A DNA stretch of 64,000 bases from Candidatus Oxydemutatoraceae bacterium (GCA_965218975.1 OZ244717.1:1440001-1504000); one strand, 5' to 3'; positions 1-10,131 are shown, counted from the first letter of the stretch. Program-made: numbers and translations. The notes: generated by a model not told the origin, from the letters alone.

Positions 1-1
1 T

Positions 2-268
2 CGACGTGAAAGGATGATTGAGACGATCACTCGTAAACAACGCGAGTGCAGTGAAATTCAAAATGATTTGCAAAGTAAGTTTAACAAGCGCCGCAGTGAG
101 GAATTGAATCAGCTTCAAAAACTGATTTCTCAAGTAATTCGACAGATTGCGGAAAGTAAGGCAATTGATTTAATTGTCGGGCCTCCGGCGGTTTTATATA
201 AAAGTGAGCAGATCGATTTAACCGAGGCGGTATTAAAAGCACTGGAACCGGATCAAAAATTGCAATAA
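2..268 (+). CDS. skp: OmpH/Skp periplasmic chaperone, C-terminal part (runs off window start)
   Basis: Frame open from position 2. Helical C-terminus ending IDLIV..VLY...IDLTEAVLKAL is typical of OmpH. Lies directly upstream of lpxD. Confidence 0.85.
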   Translation, partial: RRERMIETITRKQRECSEIQNDLQSKFNKRRSEELNQLQKLISQVIRQIAESKAIDLIVGPPAVLYKSEQIDLTEAVLKALEPDQKLQ

Positions 269-1305
269 TGCCTGAGTATCCGTTATCAAAGTTAGCTGAG
301 TTCGCGCAAACAAAGCTGCGAGGCAACCCGGATATAAAAATCAATAATGTGGGTAGTTTGCCGACAGCAAAATCCGGACAAATAACATTCTTTTCCGATC
401 TGCGCTATTCAAAATGGTTAAAGAATACTCCCGCATCGGCAGTCATTTTGAAAGCCGAAGATCATCACCAAGTGATGAAAAAGCCGGTATTGATTACTGC
501 TGATCCGTATCTGGCATTTGCTCGTGTTGCCACACTGTTTTCCATTGAACCACAAGCTGCTGTCGGTATTGATCCGAGTGCAACAATTGCGGCGAACTGC
601 AAGATTGGCGAACAAGTTGCGATTGCTGCGGGTGTGCATCTCGGTGAGAACGTTACGATAGGCGAACGTACCGCGGTAGGAGCGAATTGTACAATCGGTG
701 CAAATTCGGTTATCGGTGCCGATTGCAAGCTGCATGCGAACGTATCCGTCGCACATCATGTACGGTTGGGTAACCGAGTGGTAGTTCATTCAGGCGCGGT
801 TATCGGCGCCGACGGTTTTGGGATCACACAAGATGAAAATCAACGATGGATTAAAATGCCTCAATGCGGCAGCGTTGTTTTACATGACGACGTTGAAGTT
901 GGGGCAAATACGACGATTGATCGTGGTACAGTGGAAGATACCGTGCTCGAACAGGATGTTCAAATCGATAACCTCGTACAAATTGCTCATAATGTGAGGA
1001 TCGGACGGCATACTGCCATTGCCGGATGCAGCGGGATTGCCGGTAGCGCTAAAATTGGAAAAAATTGTTTAATTGGCGGCGGTTCCAAAATTAACGGACA
1101 CATTGAAATTTGTGATCGGGCGATCATTGCCGGCGGATCAATCGTCTTACAATCTGTCATAACTCCCGGCAAGCACACTGAATGGAATCTTCATTTAATG
1201 GTCAATCAAAAACTGAGGAAGCAGCAGCACCAATTAATTAAGCTGAAGAAGCATTTGCAATATTTGGAAGAGATTGTCAAGCATCAGGATAAAAGACAAT
1301 CATGA
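268..1305 (+). CDS. lpxD: UDP-3-O-acyl-glucosamine N-acyltransferase
   Basis: Hexapeptide repeats; motifs IGADGFG, GANTTIDRG, IDNLVQIAHNV. Confidence 0.97.
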   Translation: MPEYPLSKLAEFAQTKLRGNPDIKINNVGSLPTAKSGQITFFSDLRYSKWLKNTPASAVILKAEDHHQVMKKPVLITADPYLAFARVATLFSIEPQAAVGIDPSATIAANCKIGEQVAIAAGVHLGENVTIGERTAVGANCTIGANSVIGADCKLHANVSVAHHVRLGNRVVVHSGAVIGADGFGITQDENQRWIKMPQCGSVVLHDDVEVGANTTIDRGTVEDTVLEQDVQIDNLVQIAHNVRIGRHTAIAGCSGIAGSAKIGKNCLIGGGSKINGHIEICDRAIIAGGSIVLQSVITPGKHTEWNLHLMVNQKLRKQQHQLIKLKKHLQYLEEIVKHQDKRQS

Positions 1306-1775
1306 TGGATATCAATGAAATTTTACGTGTGATGCCACATCATTATCCGATTTTACTAGTGGACCGGGTACTTGAAATCAATCCGGGGCGTTCAATTAAA
1401 GCGCTAAAAAATGTTACGTATAACGAATACTTTTTCCCCGGTCACTTTCCCGAGAAGCCGATTATGCCCGGAGTTTTAGTGCTGGAAGCATTAGCGCAGT
1501 CATGTTGTTTGCTGGTCGCGCAATATCCGCAATATCGCACGATAATGGAACGGGGCGGGTTGTTATTGTTTACTCGCATCAATAATGCGCGGTTCAAACA
1601 CCCGGTGGTGCCTGGCGATACTTTATTGCTAAATGGAGAAATTTTAAGATCAAGACTATCCGGTAGTAAGTCGTACGCAAAATTTCAAACGCAGGCTTTT
1701 GTCGGCGATAAGTTGAATACTTCAGCTGAGTTACATTTGATGATTCGTTCCACTTCCGATGGCGCAGACACATAA
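1302..1775 (+). CDS. fabZ: 3-hydroxyacyl-ACP dehydratase
   Basis: PHHYPILLVDRV, KNVTYNE..F.GHFP..PIMPGVL.LEALAQ; synteny. Confidence 0.97.
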   Translation: MMDINEILRVMPHHYPILLVDRVLEINPGRSIKALKNVTYNEYFFPGHFPEKPIMPGVLVLEALAQSCCLLVAQYPQYRTIMERGGLLLFTRINNARFKHPVVPGDTLLLNGEILRSRLSGSKSYAKFQTQAFVGDKLNTSAELHLMIRSTSDGADT

Positions 1776-2544
1776 AACTGCCCAAATCTCCTCGCAAGCG
1801 GAAATTGCCGAAGATGTGACGATAGGCGCATATAGCATTATCGGAGCGGATGCTGTTATTGGCGCAAGGAGTCGCATTGCTCCTCATGTTGTCATTCATG
1901 GAAACACCCATATCGGACAGAACAACCAAATCTTTCAGTTTGCCTCGGTAGGCGATATTCCCCAAGACAAAAAGTATCGCGAAGGTGAGAAAACCTTTTT
2001 GAAAATCGGCGACAACAACAGCATTCGCGAATTTTGCTCAATTAATGCCGGCACTACCCCCGGTACTTCCATAGGTGACAGCAATTTACTGATGGCGTAT
2101 GTTCACATTGCGCATGATTGTGTGATCGGTAACGGAACTATATTTGTAAATAATGCGACGCTTGGCGGACATGTGCAAGTTGATGACTATGCGGTTGTCG
2201 GTGCTGCGGTGAAGGTCCATCAGTTCTGCCGGATTGGGGAGTATGCTTTCAGCCGGGATACGACATTGACATTGGATGTGCCTCCGTATCTCATGGCTGC
2301 CAGCCATCCAGCTAGAATTTACGGGGTAAATATTATCGGTCTAAAACGTGCGGAGTTTTCTCACGAGTTGATTTCCGTATTGAAAAAATGTCACAAAAAA
2401 CTAGTCCGTAGAGAAGGGTGGAAAGAAAATGCCGTCAAAGAACTTGCCGGATATGCGGAACAGTATTCTGAAGTTCGAAAATTTATCCGGTTTATAGAAG
2501 ACAGTAAGAGAGGTATTTTACGTTCTGGCAAATCTCCTAAATAG
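1759..2544 (+). CDS. lpxA: acyl-ACP--UDP-N-acetylglucosamine acyltransferase
   Basis: PQDKKY, HIAHDC (catalytic His), HQFCRIG, DVPPY. Confidence 0.96.
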   Translation: MAQTHKTAQISSQAEIAEDVTIGAYSIIGADAVIGARSRIAPHVVIHGNTHIGQNNQIFQFASVGDIPQDKKYREGEKTFLKIGDNNSIREFCSINAGTTPGTSIGDSNLLMAYVHIAHDCVIGNGTIFVNNATLGGHVQVDDYAVVGAAVKVHQFCRIGEYAFSRDTTLTLDVPPYLMAASHPARIYGVNIIGLKRAEFSHELISVLKKCHKKLVRREGWKENAVKELAGYAEQYSEVRKFIRFIEDSKRGILRSGKSPK

Positions 2545-2548
2545 ACGA

Positions 2549-2565
2549 CGAATCCGGCGGATTCG
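2549..2565 (+). terminator. Small hairpin just after the lpxA stop (possible terminator)
   Basis: CGAATCC-GGC-GGATTCG perfect 7-bp stem followed by T-rich sequence; lies between convergent lpxA and lpxB. Confidence 0.35.
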
Positions 2566-2706
2566 GATTGTTTGATTGTGTTCTAATATATAGCAGCTAC
2601 AAATTCGGCAGGTACGCGGCAGAAAGCCATCAAATAAAGCCCGGCGGCTACATAACGATTATCGTGTATGCCTGCGATGATAGAATTAATATGCTAGGCA
2701 GCGCAT

Positions 2707-3864
2707 CTAGCTAATGCTCATCATTCGATGAACTGATGCGGCAATTCGCTTGGAAACACCATTTCCACCTAATTGTTTTTCTATGTCTGCAAAGCGATTA
2801 CGCATGGCATTCCACTGTTTGGGGTGTTCCAGTAGTGCATAGGTTTCGCGGCTGATTGATTCCGGTGTCAAGTTCCATTGGATGAGCTCGGGAACAAGCG
2901 GCTGGTTCAAAATAATATTCGGCAAGCTGATAAAGTTAGTTTTAACAAGCATTTTCAGCAAAAAATAAGTGAAAATTCCGAGCTTATAAACGGTAACCAT
3001 CGGGACTCGGCATAATGCAAGTTGCAAAGTACTTGTGCCGGAACAAGTAATAGCTAAATCTGCGCGAGCGATTGCCGGATAAATATCGCGTATGATTTTA
3101 CAAGTAAAATCTTTTTGCGCCAGATGCTTCTTGATGTCGGTAATTTCAAGCCCGTTTGCCATCAATAAGGAAAAATGCCAATCCGGATATTTTTGACTCA
3201 TTTGTGCGGCAGCAGCGGCAATAATAGGTAAATGACGCCGTATTTCGTTTTTACGGCTACCCGGTAAAAGCAAAATATGGCGTATTTGATCCGGTTTAAG
3301 CTGCTTTTTTTGTCGATAAGGCAATAAGCCCACTTGCGTTATTTCATCAATCAACGGATGGCCATAGTAATGAGTCGGCAAACCGGTGTTTTGATAGAGC
3401 TGCTTTTCAAATGGAAGAATGACAATCATCTCGTTAACAATCCGGGCAATTTTTTTAACACGTTTACGTCGCCAAGCCCATACTTGCGGACTGATATAAA
3501 ACAATATTTTTATCCCAAGCTTACGTGCCGTTTTTGCCAAAGCTAGATTGAAATCCGGGTAATCGACTAAAATCAGTAAATTCGGTCGATTGGTTTCCAA
3601 TGCTGTTCGAAGCAGCGCAAAACTCTTACGTATACGAGGATAATGGCGGATAACCTCGAACAATCCTGTTACTGCAGTTTCTCCGGCATCCACCAACAGC
3701 TGAATATCAGCAGCTTGCATTGCCGACATTCCCATTCCGATGTAACAATCATTTGGACGCTTTTTCTTTAGTTCGGTAACTAGTTGAGCGGCGTATTGAT
3801 CGCCGGATGCTTCGCCGGCGACCAGCATTACCGTGCGGATAGGCTTATTGTTTACAGGCATCAA
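2707..3864 (-). CDS. lpxB: lipid-A-disaccharide synthase
   Basis: VAGEASGD, VDYPDFN, YISPQVWAWR, LLPGSR, LPNII motifs. Confidence 0.97.
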   Translation of the reverse strand: MMPVNNKPIRTVMLVAGEASGDQYAAQLVTELKKKRPNDCYIGMGMSAMQAADIQLLVDAGETAVTGLFEVIRHYPRIRKSFALLRTALETNRPNLLILVDYPDFNLALAKTARKLGIKILFYISPQVWAWRRKRVKKIARIVNEMIVILPFEKQLYQNTGLPTHYYGHPLIDEITQVGLLPYRQKKQLKPDQIRHILLLPGSRKNEIRRHLPIIAAAAAQMSQKYPDWHFSLLMANGLEITDIKKHLAQKDFTCKIIRDIYPAIARADLAITCSGTSTLQLALCRVPMVTVYKLGIFTYFLLKMLVKTNFISLPNIILNQPLVPELIQWNLTPESISRETYALLEHPKQWNAMRNRFADIEKQLGGNGVSKRIAASVHRMMSIS

Positions 3865-4966
3865 TTAAAATTTGTGCGACATCGTCAACGTCGCGCTCAG
3901 GCATCTCTGGGAATAGAGGCAAAGATAAGCATACTTTTGCGGCGGACAGTGCATGCGGATAAGACCGCTTGATATTTTGACACCAACCGGAAAATGCCAT
4001 CTGATCGGGGAGTATGCGCGGGTAATAAATGCAGCTTTCAATGCCATGATTGAAAAGATAAGCCCGAATTTTTTCGCGTTGCGGTACGCGTATAGTATAT
4101 TGGTTATAAACATGCTCACATTCCGGCATGGTTTTAGGTACTGTGATAGTTGTCAGTGGCGACAAAAGCTGGTGGTAGCGACGTGCCAGACGTTGTCGTC
4201 GGGCATTTAGTTCGTCGAGATATTTAAGTTTGACACGCAAGATTGCTGCTTGCAGTTCATCAAGACGACTGTTATAGCCAATAACGCGATGATCATATTT
4301 GCCGGCGTCGCCATGATTGCGCAGTAGGCATAGATTCTCTGCCCATTGCGAATCATTTAAAGTGATCATACCGCCGTCGCCGTAAGCAGAGAGATTTTTG
4401 GTCGGATAAAAGCTATGGCATCCTACATCCGCAATACTGCCAACAGTCTTATCTTGATAACGTGCGCCGAAAGCTTGAGCGCAATCTTCAATCAAAAACA
4501 AATGATTGTCTCGGCATAATTCTTGCAGTTCATCCATTGCGGCGGGATGACCAAATAAATGTACCGCAATGACTGCTTTGGTCTTGGCAGATATTCTTTC
4601 GGCAACGGAAGCGGGGGATAGGTTAAAACTTATCGAGTCAATATCGGCAAATATTGGAACGGCGCCGGTATATGCAATCGCTTCGGCAGTCGCGGCAAAA
4701 GTAAAAGCGCTGGTAATAACTTCATCTTCTGACTGAATGCCGAGTGCTCTCAAGGTCAAATGCAGAGCGTCGGTACCGGATGCGCAAGCAACCGCATATT
4801 TGGTGCCGACATATCCGGCAATGTTTTTTTCACAGGCCGCAACTTGCGTACTCAGAATAAAATGTCCGCTGTCTAATACATGATCAATCGCAGTGAGAGT
4901 CTCTTCACGCAACTGTTGAATTTGCCGGCTGAGGCTAAAGGCAGAAATTTTACGGCGGCTGTTCAT
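3845..4966 (-). CDS. gnnB: DegT/DnrJ/EryC1/StrS aminotransferase, likely UDP-3-keto-GlcNAc transaminase GnnB
   Basis: SGTDAL, EDCAQA, SFYPTKNL (PLP Lys), NSRLDELQAA. Overlaps lpxB and is coupled to the upstream Gfo/Idh/MocA gene. The GnnB assignment rests on context. Confidence 0.8.
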   Translation of the reverse strand: MNSRRKISAFSLSRQIQQLREETLTAIDHVLDSGHFILSTQVAACEKNIAGYVGTKYAVACASGTDALHLTLRALGIQSEDEVITSAFTFAATAEAIAYTGAVPIFADIDSISFNLSPASVAERISAKTKAVIAVHLFGHPAAMDELQELCRDNHLFLIEDCAQAFGARYQDKTVGSIADVGCHSFYPTKNLSAYGDGGMITLNDSQWAENLCLLRNHGDAGKYDHRVIGYNSRLDELQAAILRVKLKYLDELNARRQRLARRYHQLLSPLTTITVPKTMPECEHVYNQYTIRVPQREKIRAYLFNHGIESCIYYPRILPDQMAFSGWCQNIKRSYPHALSAAKVCLSLPLFPEMPERDVDDVAQILIDACKQ

Positions 4967-5910
4967 GATGTTTGCTTAGGCCCGATGCGGTTGATTGCGG
5001 TAGTGACCTGTATTGCCGCCGCTAATGCTTCCCGGCCTTTATTTCCGTCTACTTTTGGGGTAGCGCCGGTTTTCACGCAATGAACGAAGTGGCAGATTTC
5101 ATCTAGTAGAGCATCCGTTTGACGAAAATTGTGTTGCTCTTGGAGGATTTCCAGCGGTTTTCTGCCTTTCTTGAAGTGTTTGTAGTGCTGATTTATTAGA
5201 TCAATTGAAATATAGCTATCATTTGTAAACACTTGAAATTTCATTTCTTTTTTTAAACTTATGCGACTTACCGAAAGGTCGGCGACGTTACCGTCTTTAA
5301 ATTCCAAACGAGCGTTTGCAATGTCAGTTTCCGGAGTAAAAATCGCAATACCTTTTGCGCTGATATTACTTATCATTGATGGCACAATACTCAATACTAA
5401 ATCTAAGTCATGAATCATCAGGTCCAGAATGACGGAAGTCGTGTTGGATGATTTATGGTTGAAAGGAATCAGCCGTGAAGAACGAAGAAAACTGTGACTG
5501 ATTTCTATATCGTGTAATATCCGAACTGCCGGATTAAACTGCTCAATATGTCCGACTTGGAGTATCTTGTCATGTTGTTTAGCGATATCAATGAGCTCTT
5601 TTGCTTCTTGTAAATTTGCGGTGACCGGTTTTTCAACTAACACATTCGTGCCTTGCTGTAAGAAATCACTGGCGATAGCAAAGTGCGTATCGGTTGGTGT
5701 TACGACACTGACTAAGTCGACTTGACCAAATAATTTTCGATAATTGTCTATTGGAGCGCAAGAATATTGATCGGCGAGCTGCCGTGTGGCAGAAGCGTCT
5801 ATATCAGCGACCGCAACCAATGTACAATCTTCCAATAAGGCGTATTTTTGCGCGTGTAATTTGCCAAAATGCCCCGCACCGATCACTGCGCAGCGAAGAG
5901 GTTGTTTCAT
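4963..5910 (-). CDS. gnnA: Gfo/Idh/MocA oxidoreductase, likely UDP-GlcNAc 3-dehydrogenase GnnA
   Basis: GAGHFG Rossmann motif, VLVEKP, QVGHIEQFNPA, VILDLMIHDLD; sits in a cluster with the aminotransferase and lpxB. Confidence 0.8.
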   Translation of the reverse strand: MKQPLRCAVIGAGHFGKLHAQKYALLEDCTLVAVADIDASATRQLADQYSCAPIDNYRKLFGQVDLVSVVTPTDTHFAIASDFLQQGTNVLVEKPVTANLQEAKELIDIAKQHDKILQVGHIEQFNPAVRILHDIEISHSFLRSSRLIPFNHKSSNTTSVILDLMIHDLDLVLSIVPSMISNISAKGIAIFTPETDIANARLEFKDGNVADLSVSRISLKKEMKFQVFTNDSYISIDLINQHYKHFKKGRKPLEILQEQHNFRQTDALLDEICHFVHCVKTGATPKVDGNKGREALAAAIQVTTAINRIGPKQTS

Positions 5911-5978
5911 TATGCTTGCATTATCACGATGTTTATTTAAGGCTTGGTCTTTGTATCAAGAAATTCTGGGATAATTAT

Positions 5979-6599
5979 ATGATAATAGAAAAATCATTTT
6001 CAGATGAGTTTCCTATGCGCAACTTTGACGGGAAATTAATTGCCGGAGTGGATGAAGCTGGGCGCGGTGCATTGGCAGGTCCGGTGATTGCCAGTGCGGT
6101 AGTTTCGTCGGCGAATTCTTCTTTGGAAGAATGCGATGATTCTAAACAGCTCAGTCATATACGACGTTTGGAACTAGTAGGTATAATTAAAGCTAAGGTG
6201 CGGGAGTGGGCGATCGGGCAAGCATCCGCTGAGGAAATTGATCGCTTAAATATTTTACGTGCGAGTTTGTTAGCAATGCGCCGCGCACTGGAACAGCTCG
6301 CGACTGTTCCCGATGTGGTGCTAGTTGACGGCAATCATGCACCTAATGTGTCCTTGCAAACGATTACGGTTATTGCCGGTGATGCACGCGTCAAAGTAAT
6401 TAGCGCAGCGTCAATTTTGGCAAAAGTCACTCGCGATCAAATTATGATGAATTTACACAAAAGATATCCGCTGTACCGATTTGATAAACACAAAGGTTAT
6501 CCGACTAAACAACATTTGCAGATTCTATGCGACCATGGCATTTGTGCAGCGCATCGGAAATCGTACCGTCCGGTTCGACGGAGGCAGTTATTCGGCTAA
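5979..6599 (+). CDS. rnhB: ribonuclease HII
   Basis: GVDEAGRGALAGPV, DSK, DGN, ISAASILAKVTRD, HKGYPT. Start moved to ATG 5979 (6015 is an alternative). Confidence 0.96.
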   Translation: MIIEKSFSDEFPMRNFDGKLIAGVDEAGRGALAGPVIASAVVSSANSSLEECDDSKQLSHIRRLELVGIIKAKVREWAIGQASAEEIDRLNILRASLLAMRRALEQLATVPDVVLVDGNHAPNVSLQTITVIAGDARVKVISAASILAKVTRDQIMMNLHKRYPLYRFDKHKGYPTKQHLQILCDHGICAAHRKSYRPVRRRQLFG

Positions 6600-6604
6600 A
6601 CGCT

Positions 6605-9600
6605 GTGTCATTTACTCATTTACATGTCCATTCGGAATATTCTCTGGTTGACGGGCTTGCGCGAATTCCGGATTTAATTGATGACGCCGTTGAAAAAGGG
6701 TTTGAGTCGATTGCGCTGACCGACCTACACAATATTTTTGCAACCGTGAAATTTTACGACTATGCAGTGCAAAAGGGTATTAAGCCAATTATCGGTTGCG
6801 AGTTGAATCTTGAGATTTCAGGACAGAATAAGCGTGACTGCAGAATAGTTTTGCTATGTATGAATCAAACCGGCTATCGTAATTTACTGGATTTGTTAAC
6901 GCGTAGCTACCAAAAAATGGAAAGCCGTAAAGCAAAGATTTGCTACGAATGGTTGACGGAATATAACGAAGGTTTAATTGCTTTATCCGGTGGAAGTCAT
7001 GGCGATATCGGACAGGCATTACTGATGAATCGCCTTTCACAAGTACGTCAGTTGGCGCAATTTTGGCGTGAGCATTTTCCTGATCGTTATTATATCGAAA
7101 TTTTTCGCACAAATCGTGAAACGGATGATGCCTATGTGGAGCGGGCAATTGATTTTGCCGCGCGTGAAAAGCTTCCGCTAGTTGCGACCAATGACGTATG
7201 TTTTTTGAATGAAGCGCAATTTCATCCGCACGAAGTTAGAGTCTGTATTTCCGCAGGAAGTATTTTGAACGATGCCTCACGCGAGGCGCGTTATAGTGCC
7301 GTGCAGTACTTAAAAAGAGAAGAAGAAATGCGAGCATTGTTCCACGATGCGTTACCGGCGTTAGAAAATGCCGCCGAAATTGCCAAACGATGTACGGTTT
7401 TTATAAAAACCGGAAAAATATTTTTCCCTAAATTTCTGTTGACGCAAGGCCGAACTTCGGATGCCGAATTGAATCAGAAAGCGACTCTCGGACTAGAGAA
7501 AATTTTGGTGCAAATGCCGCCCAATATTGATCGGCAAACCTACCATAGCCGACTGAATATGGAACTGAAGGTTATTCATCAGGTTGGTTATGCCGATTAT
7601 TTTTTAATAGTCGCTGACATTGTTGCTTGGGCAAAACAAAATGGTATTGCAGTCGGGCCGGGGCGAGGGTCGGGTGCCGGTTCTTTAGTTGCTTATGCGC
7701 TCGGGATTACCGCGATTGATCCTTTGCGTTATGATTTATTGTTTGAAAGATTCCTAAACCCTGAGCGGGTCACTATGCCGGATTTTGATATTGACCTGTG
7801 TGTTGAAGGCCGTGACCGAGTCATTGAGTATGTGGCGGACCGCTATGGACGCGATAAAGTCAGTCAAATTATCACATTTGGCAGCATGACTGCCAAAGCA
7901 GTCATTCGCGATGTCGGGCGAGTTATGGGCAAACCGTATGGCTATGTCGATGAGTTAGCGAAGCTTATTCCTAACGACTTGAATATCACATTGGACGACG
8001 CATTAAAAAAGTCTCCGGACTTAAAAGAGCGATATGAAAATGATCCCGATGTTACGCAGATTATTGATACTTGTGAAGAATTGGAAGGTTTATCGCGCAA
8101 TCCCGGCACTCACGCAGGCGGAGTAGTGATCGCCCCGAAAGCATTAACCGAATATACCGCGCTTTATTGCGATACTGCAGCAACAAATGTCGTGACCCAT
8201 TTCGATATGCAGGATTTGGAAAAAATAGGATTAGTGAAATTTGATTTTTTGGGATTGAAAACATTGACGATTATCGACAAAACAATGCGCAGAATCAATC
8301 AACAAAACGCTATAAAAGGCACCGCCAAACTTACTTTACAAGATATTCCGCTTGATGATCCTTTGCCTTTTCAATTGCTATGCAACGCAAATACAACGGC
8401 TGTTTTTCAACTAGAGTCTGAGGGTATCCGCCAATTAATGAGCAGATTGCGCCCCGACAAATTTGAAGATATCGTCGCGTTGATTGCTCTCTACCGTCCC
8501 GGTCCTTTGCAATCTGGCATGGTGGATGACTACATCAAGCGCAAACACGGAGCGGTCGTGGAACATTTGCATCCTCAAGTGGTGTCGATTCTAAAACCAA
8601 CCTACGGTGTCATTGTGTACCAGGAGCAAGTGATGCAAATTGCTCGAGAGCTTGCCGGATACACGCTTGGTAGCGCTGATTTATTGCGGCGCGCGATGGG
8701 TAAAAAACTCCAAGTAGAGATGGCGAAACAACGGCAAGTTTTTGTTACCAATGCGTGCGACCGCGGCACCAAGCGCGATGTTGCCATCTATATTTTTGAT
8801 TTGATTGAAAAGTTTGCAGGCTATGGTTTTAATCGCTCGCATTCGGTTGCCTACGCTTTGTTAGCTTATCAGACGGCTTGGCTAAAGTCGCATTATCCGA
8901 CTGCTTTTATGAGTGCGGTATTGTCAAGCGAGATGAGCAATACCGATAAAATTGTTGATCTTATTTATGAAAGCCGTGCAATGGGTTTGAAAGTCTTACC
9001 TCCGGATGTCAATCAATCTGTTTGGGAGTTTCAGACGGAGAATACCGACAAGATTCGTTACGGGTTGGGTGCAGTGCGCAATTTGGGCGAGAAAATGATG
9101 CGTTTACTTGAGCAAGAACGTAAGATAGGCGAATTTACTTCGGCAAACGATTTTTGCAGACGCATGGTTCCTCACCAAATGAAGCAAAATGTGTTGGAAA
9201 TTTTAATAGGAGTGGGTGCATTAGATTGCTTTGGGAAACGAAACGAACTGCTGGAAAATGCCGCCCGGACTTATTCCATGGCAGAAAATTATTTTAAAGA
9301 TCAGCAAGTCGGACAAGGAAATTTATTTGAAATAGAGTCTAACGGTATAGCGAAATCTACGACGGTAACCATTACGCAAAGTAATTGTCGTCGCTATGAT
9401 GATCAGAAACTTCTTACACTTGAGTTTGAAAATCTTGGGACATATTTTTCCGAACATCCGTTGAATCGTCACCGTGATGAAATTGATCAAATTTTAAAGC
9501 TAAGTGATGTTGCAAATGATACCGAAGTGACGAATAGCTATCATGGCGGCCGTCGAAAGTCGGCTTATTTTACCGGAGTAATTGCTAAAATGGCGCAGCA

Positions 9601-10063
9601 AAGAAGCCGTCGCGGCAGAGGTTTGAGATTTCTGCTGGATGATAGTAAAAGCCGGCAAGAATTTCTATTGTATGATGAAAGTTATAAAAAATACAGTGAT
9701 AAACTTCAGAAAGGCCGAATTGTGGTGGTCAAAGCTAAAAGTTTTTATGATGCTGTTCGGGAAGTACAGCGTTGGAAGGTGCAGGTAGTTTATTCACTGG
9801 ATGAGTTGCGTGCGGTGTCGGCGCGTGTCGTTGTGTTAGATATGGATTTAGATTTGACACGGAAAGATTTTGTGAATCGGATGCGCGAGAAATTGGAACC
9901 TTTTGTGTCCGATCAAGGCTGCGTCGTTAAACTTTCCATTTGGAACATAGAAGCGAGTGCCATTTTAGTTCTTGACCAAACATGGAAAGTAAAGCCTTGT
10001 GAAAACCTGTTGAATGCCTTGCGTATGATTGAAGGTGTACGCAAAGTTCAGATTTTCTATTAA
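6605..10063 (+). CDS. dnaE: DNA polymerase III alpha subunit
   Basis: HLHVHSEYSLVDG PHP start, GPGRGSGAGS, PDFDID, KFDFLGL. Likely GTG start at 6605. Confidence 0.98.
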   Translation: MSFTHLHVHSEYSLVDGLARIPDLIDDAVEKGFESIALTDLHNIFATVKFYDYAVQKGIKPIIGCELNLEISGQNKRDCRIVLLCMNQTGYRNLLDLLTRSYQKMESRKAKICYEWLTEYNEGLIALSGGSHGDIGQALLMNRLSQVRQLAQFWREHFPDRYYIEIFRTNRETDDAYVERAIDFAAREKLPLVATNDVCFLNEAQFHPHEVRVCISAGSILNDASREARYSAVQYLKREEEMRALFHDALPALENAAEIAKRCTVFIKTGKIFFPKFLLTQGRTSDAELNQKATLGLEKILVQMPPNIDRQTYHSRLNMELKVIHQVGYADYFLIVADIVAWAKQNGIAVGPGRGSGAGSLVAYALGITAIDPLRYDLLFERFLNPERVTMPDFDIDLCVEGRDRVIEYVADRYGRDKVSQIITFGSMTAKAVIRDVGRVMGKPYGYVDELAKLIPNDLNITLDDALKKSPDLKERYENDPDVTQIIDTCEELEGLSRNPGTHAGGVVIAPKALTEYTALYCDTAATNVVTHFDMQDLEKIGLVKFDFLGLKTLTIIDKTMRRINQQNAIKGTAKLTLQDIPLDDPLPFQLLCNANTTAVFQLESEGIRQLMSRLRPDKFEDIVALIALYRPGPLQSGMVDDYIKRKHGAVVEHLHPQVVSILKPTYGVIVYQEQVMQIARELAGYTLGSADLLRRAMGKKLQVEMAKQRQVFVTNACDRGTKRDVAIYIFDLIEKFAGYGFNRSHSVAYALLAYQTAWLKSHYPTAFMSAVLSSEMSNTDKIVDLIYESRAMGLKVLPPDVNQSVWEFQTENTDKIRYGLGAVRNLGEKMMRLLEQERKIGEFTSANDFCRRMVPHQMKQNVLEILIGVGALDCFGKRNELLENAARTYSMAENYFKDQQVGQGNLFEIESNGIAKSTTVTITQSNCRRYDDQKLLTLEFENLGTYFSEHPLNRHRDEIDQILKLSDVANDTEVTNSYHGGRRKSAYFTGVIAKMAQQRSRRGRGLRFLLDDSKSRQEFLLYDESYKKYSDKLQKGRIVVVKAKSFYDAVREVQRWKVQVVYSLDELRAVSARVVVLDMDLDLTRKDFVNRMREKLEPFVSDQGCVVKLSIWNIEASAILVLDQTWKVKPCENLLNALRMIEGVRKVQIFY

Positions 10064-10131
10064 ACTTGTGCTTTATTAATGCATTGAGTAATACATATCT
10101 TTGCAACTTTACCGGATAAGAATATTTATAT

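Noticed and set aside
5751-5978. Long N-terminal extension of RNase HII (and similar extensions on dnaE, sdhD, psd, pepA)
   Set aside because: These are longest-ORF artefacts, several overlapping neighbouring genes; downstream starts fit the known domain boundaries.
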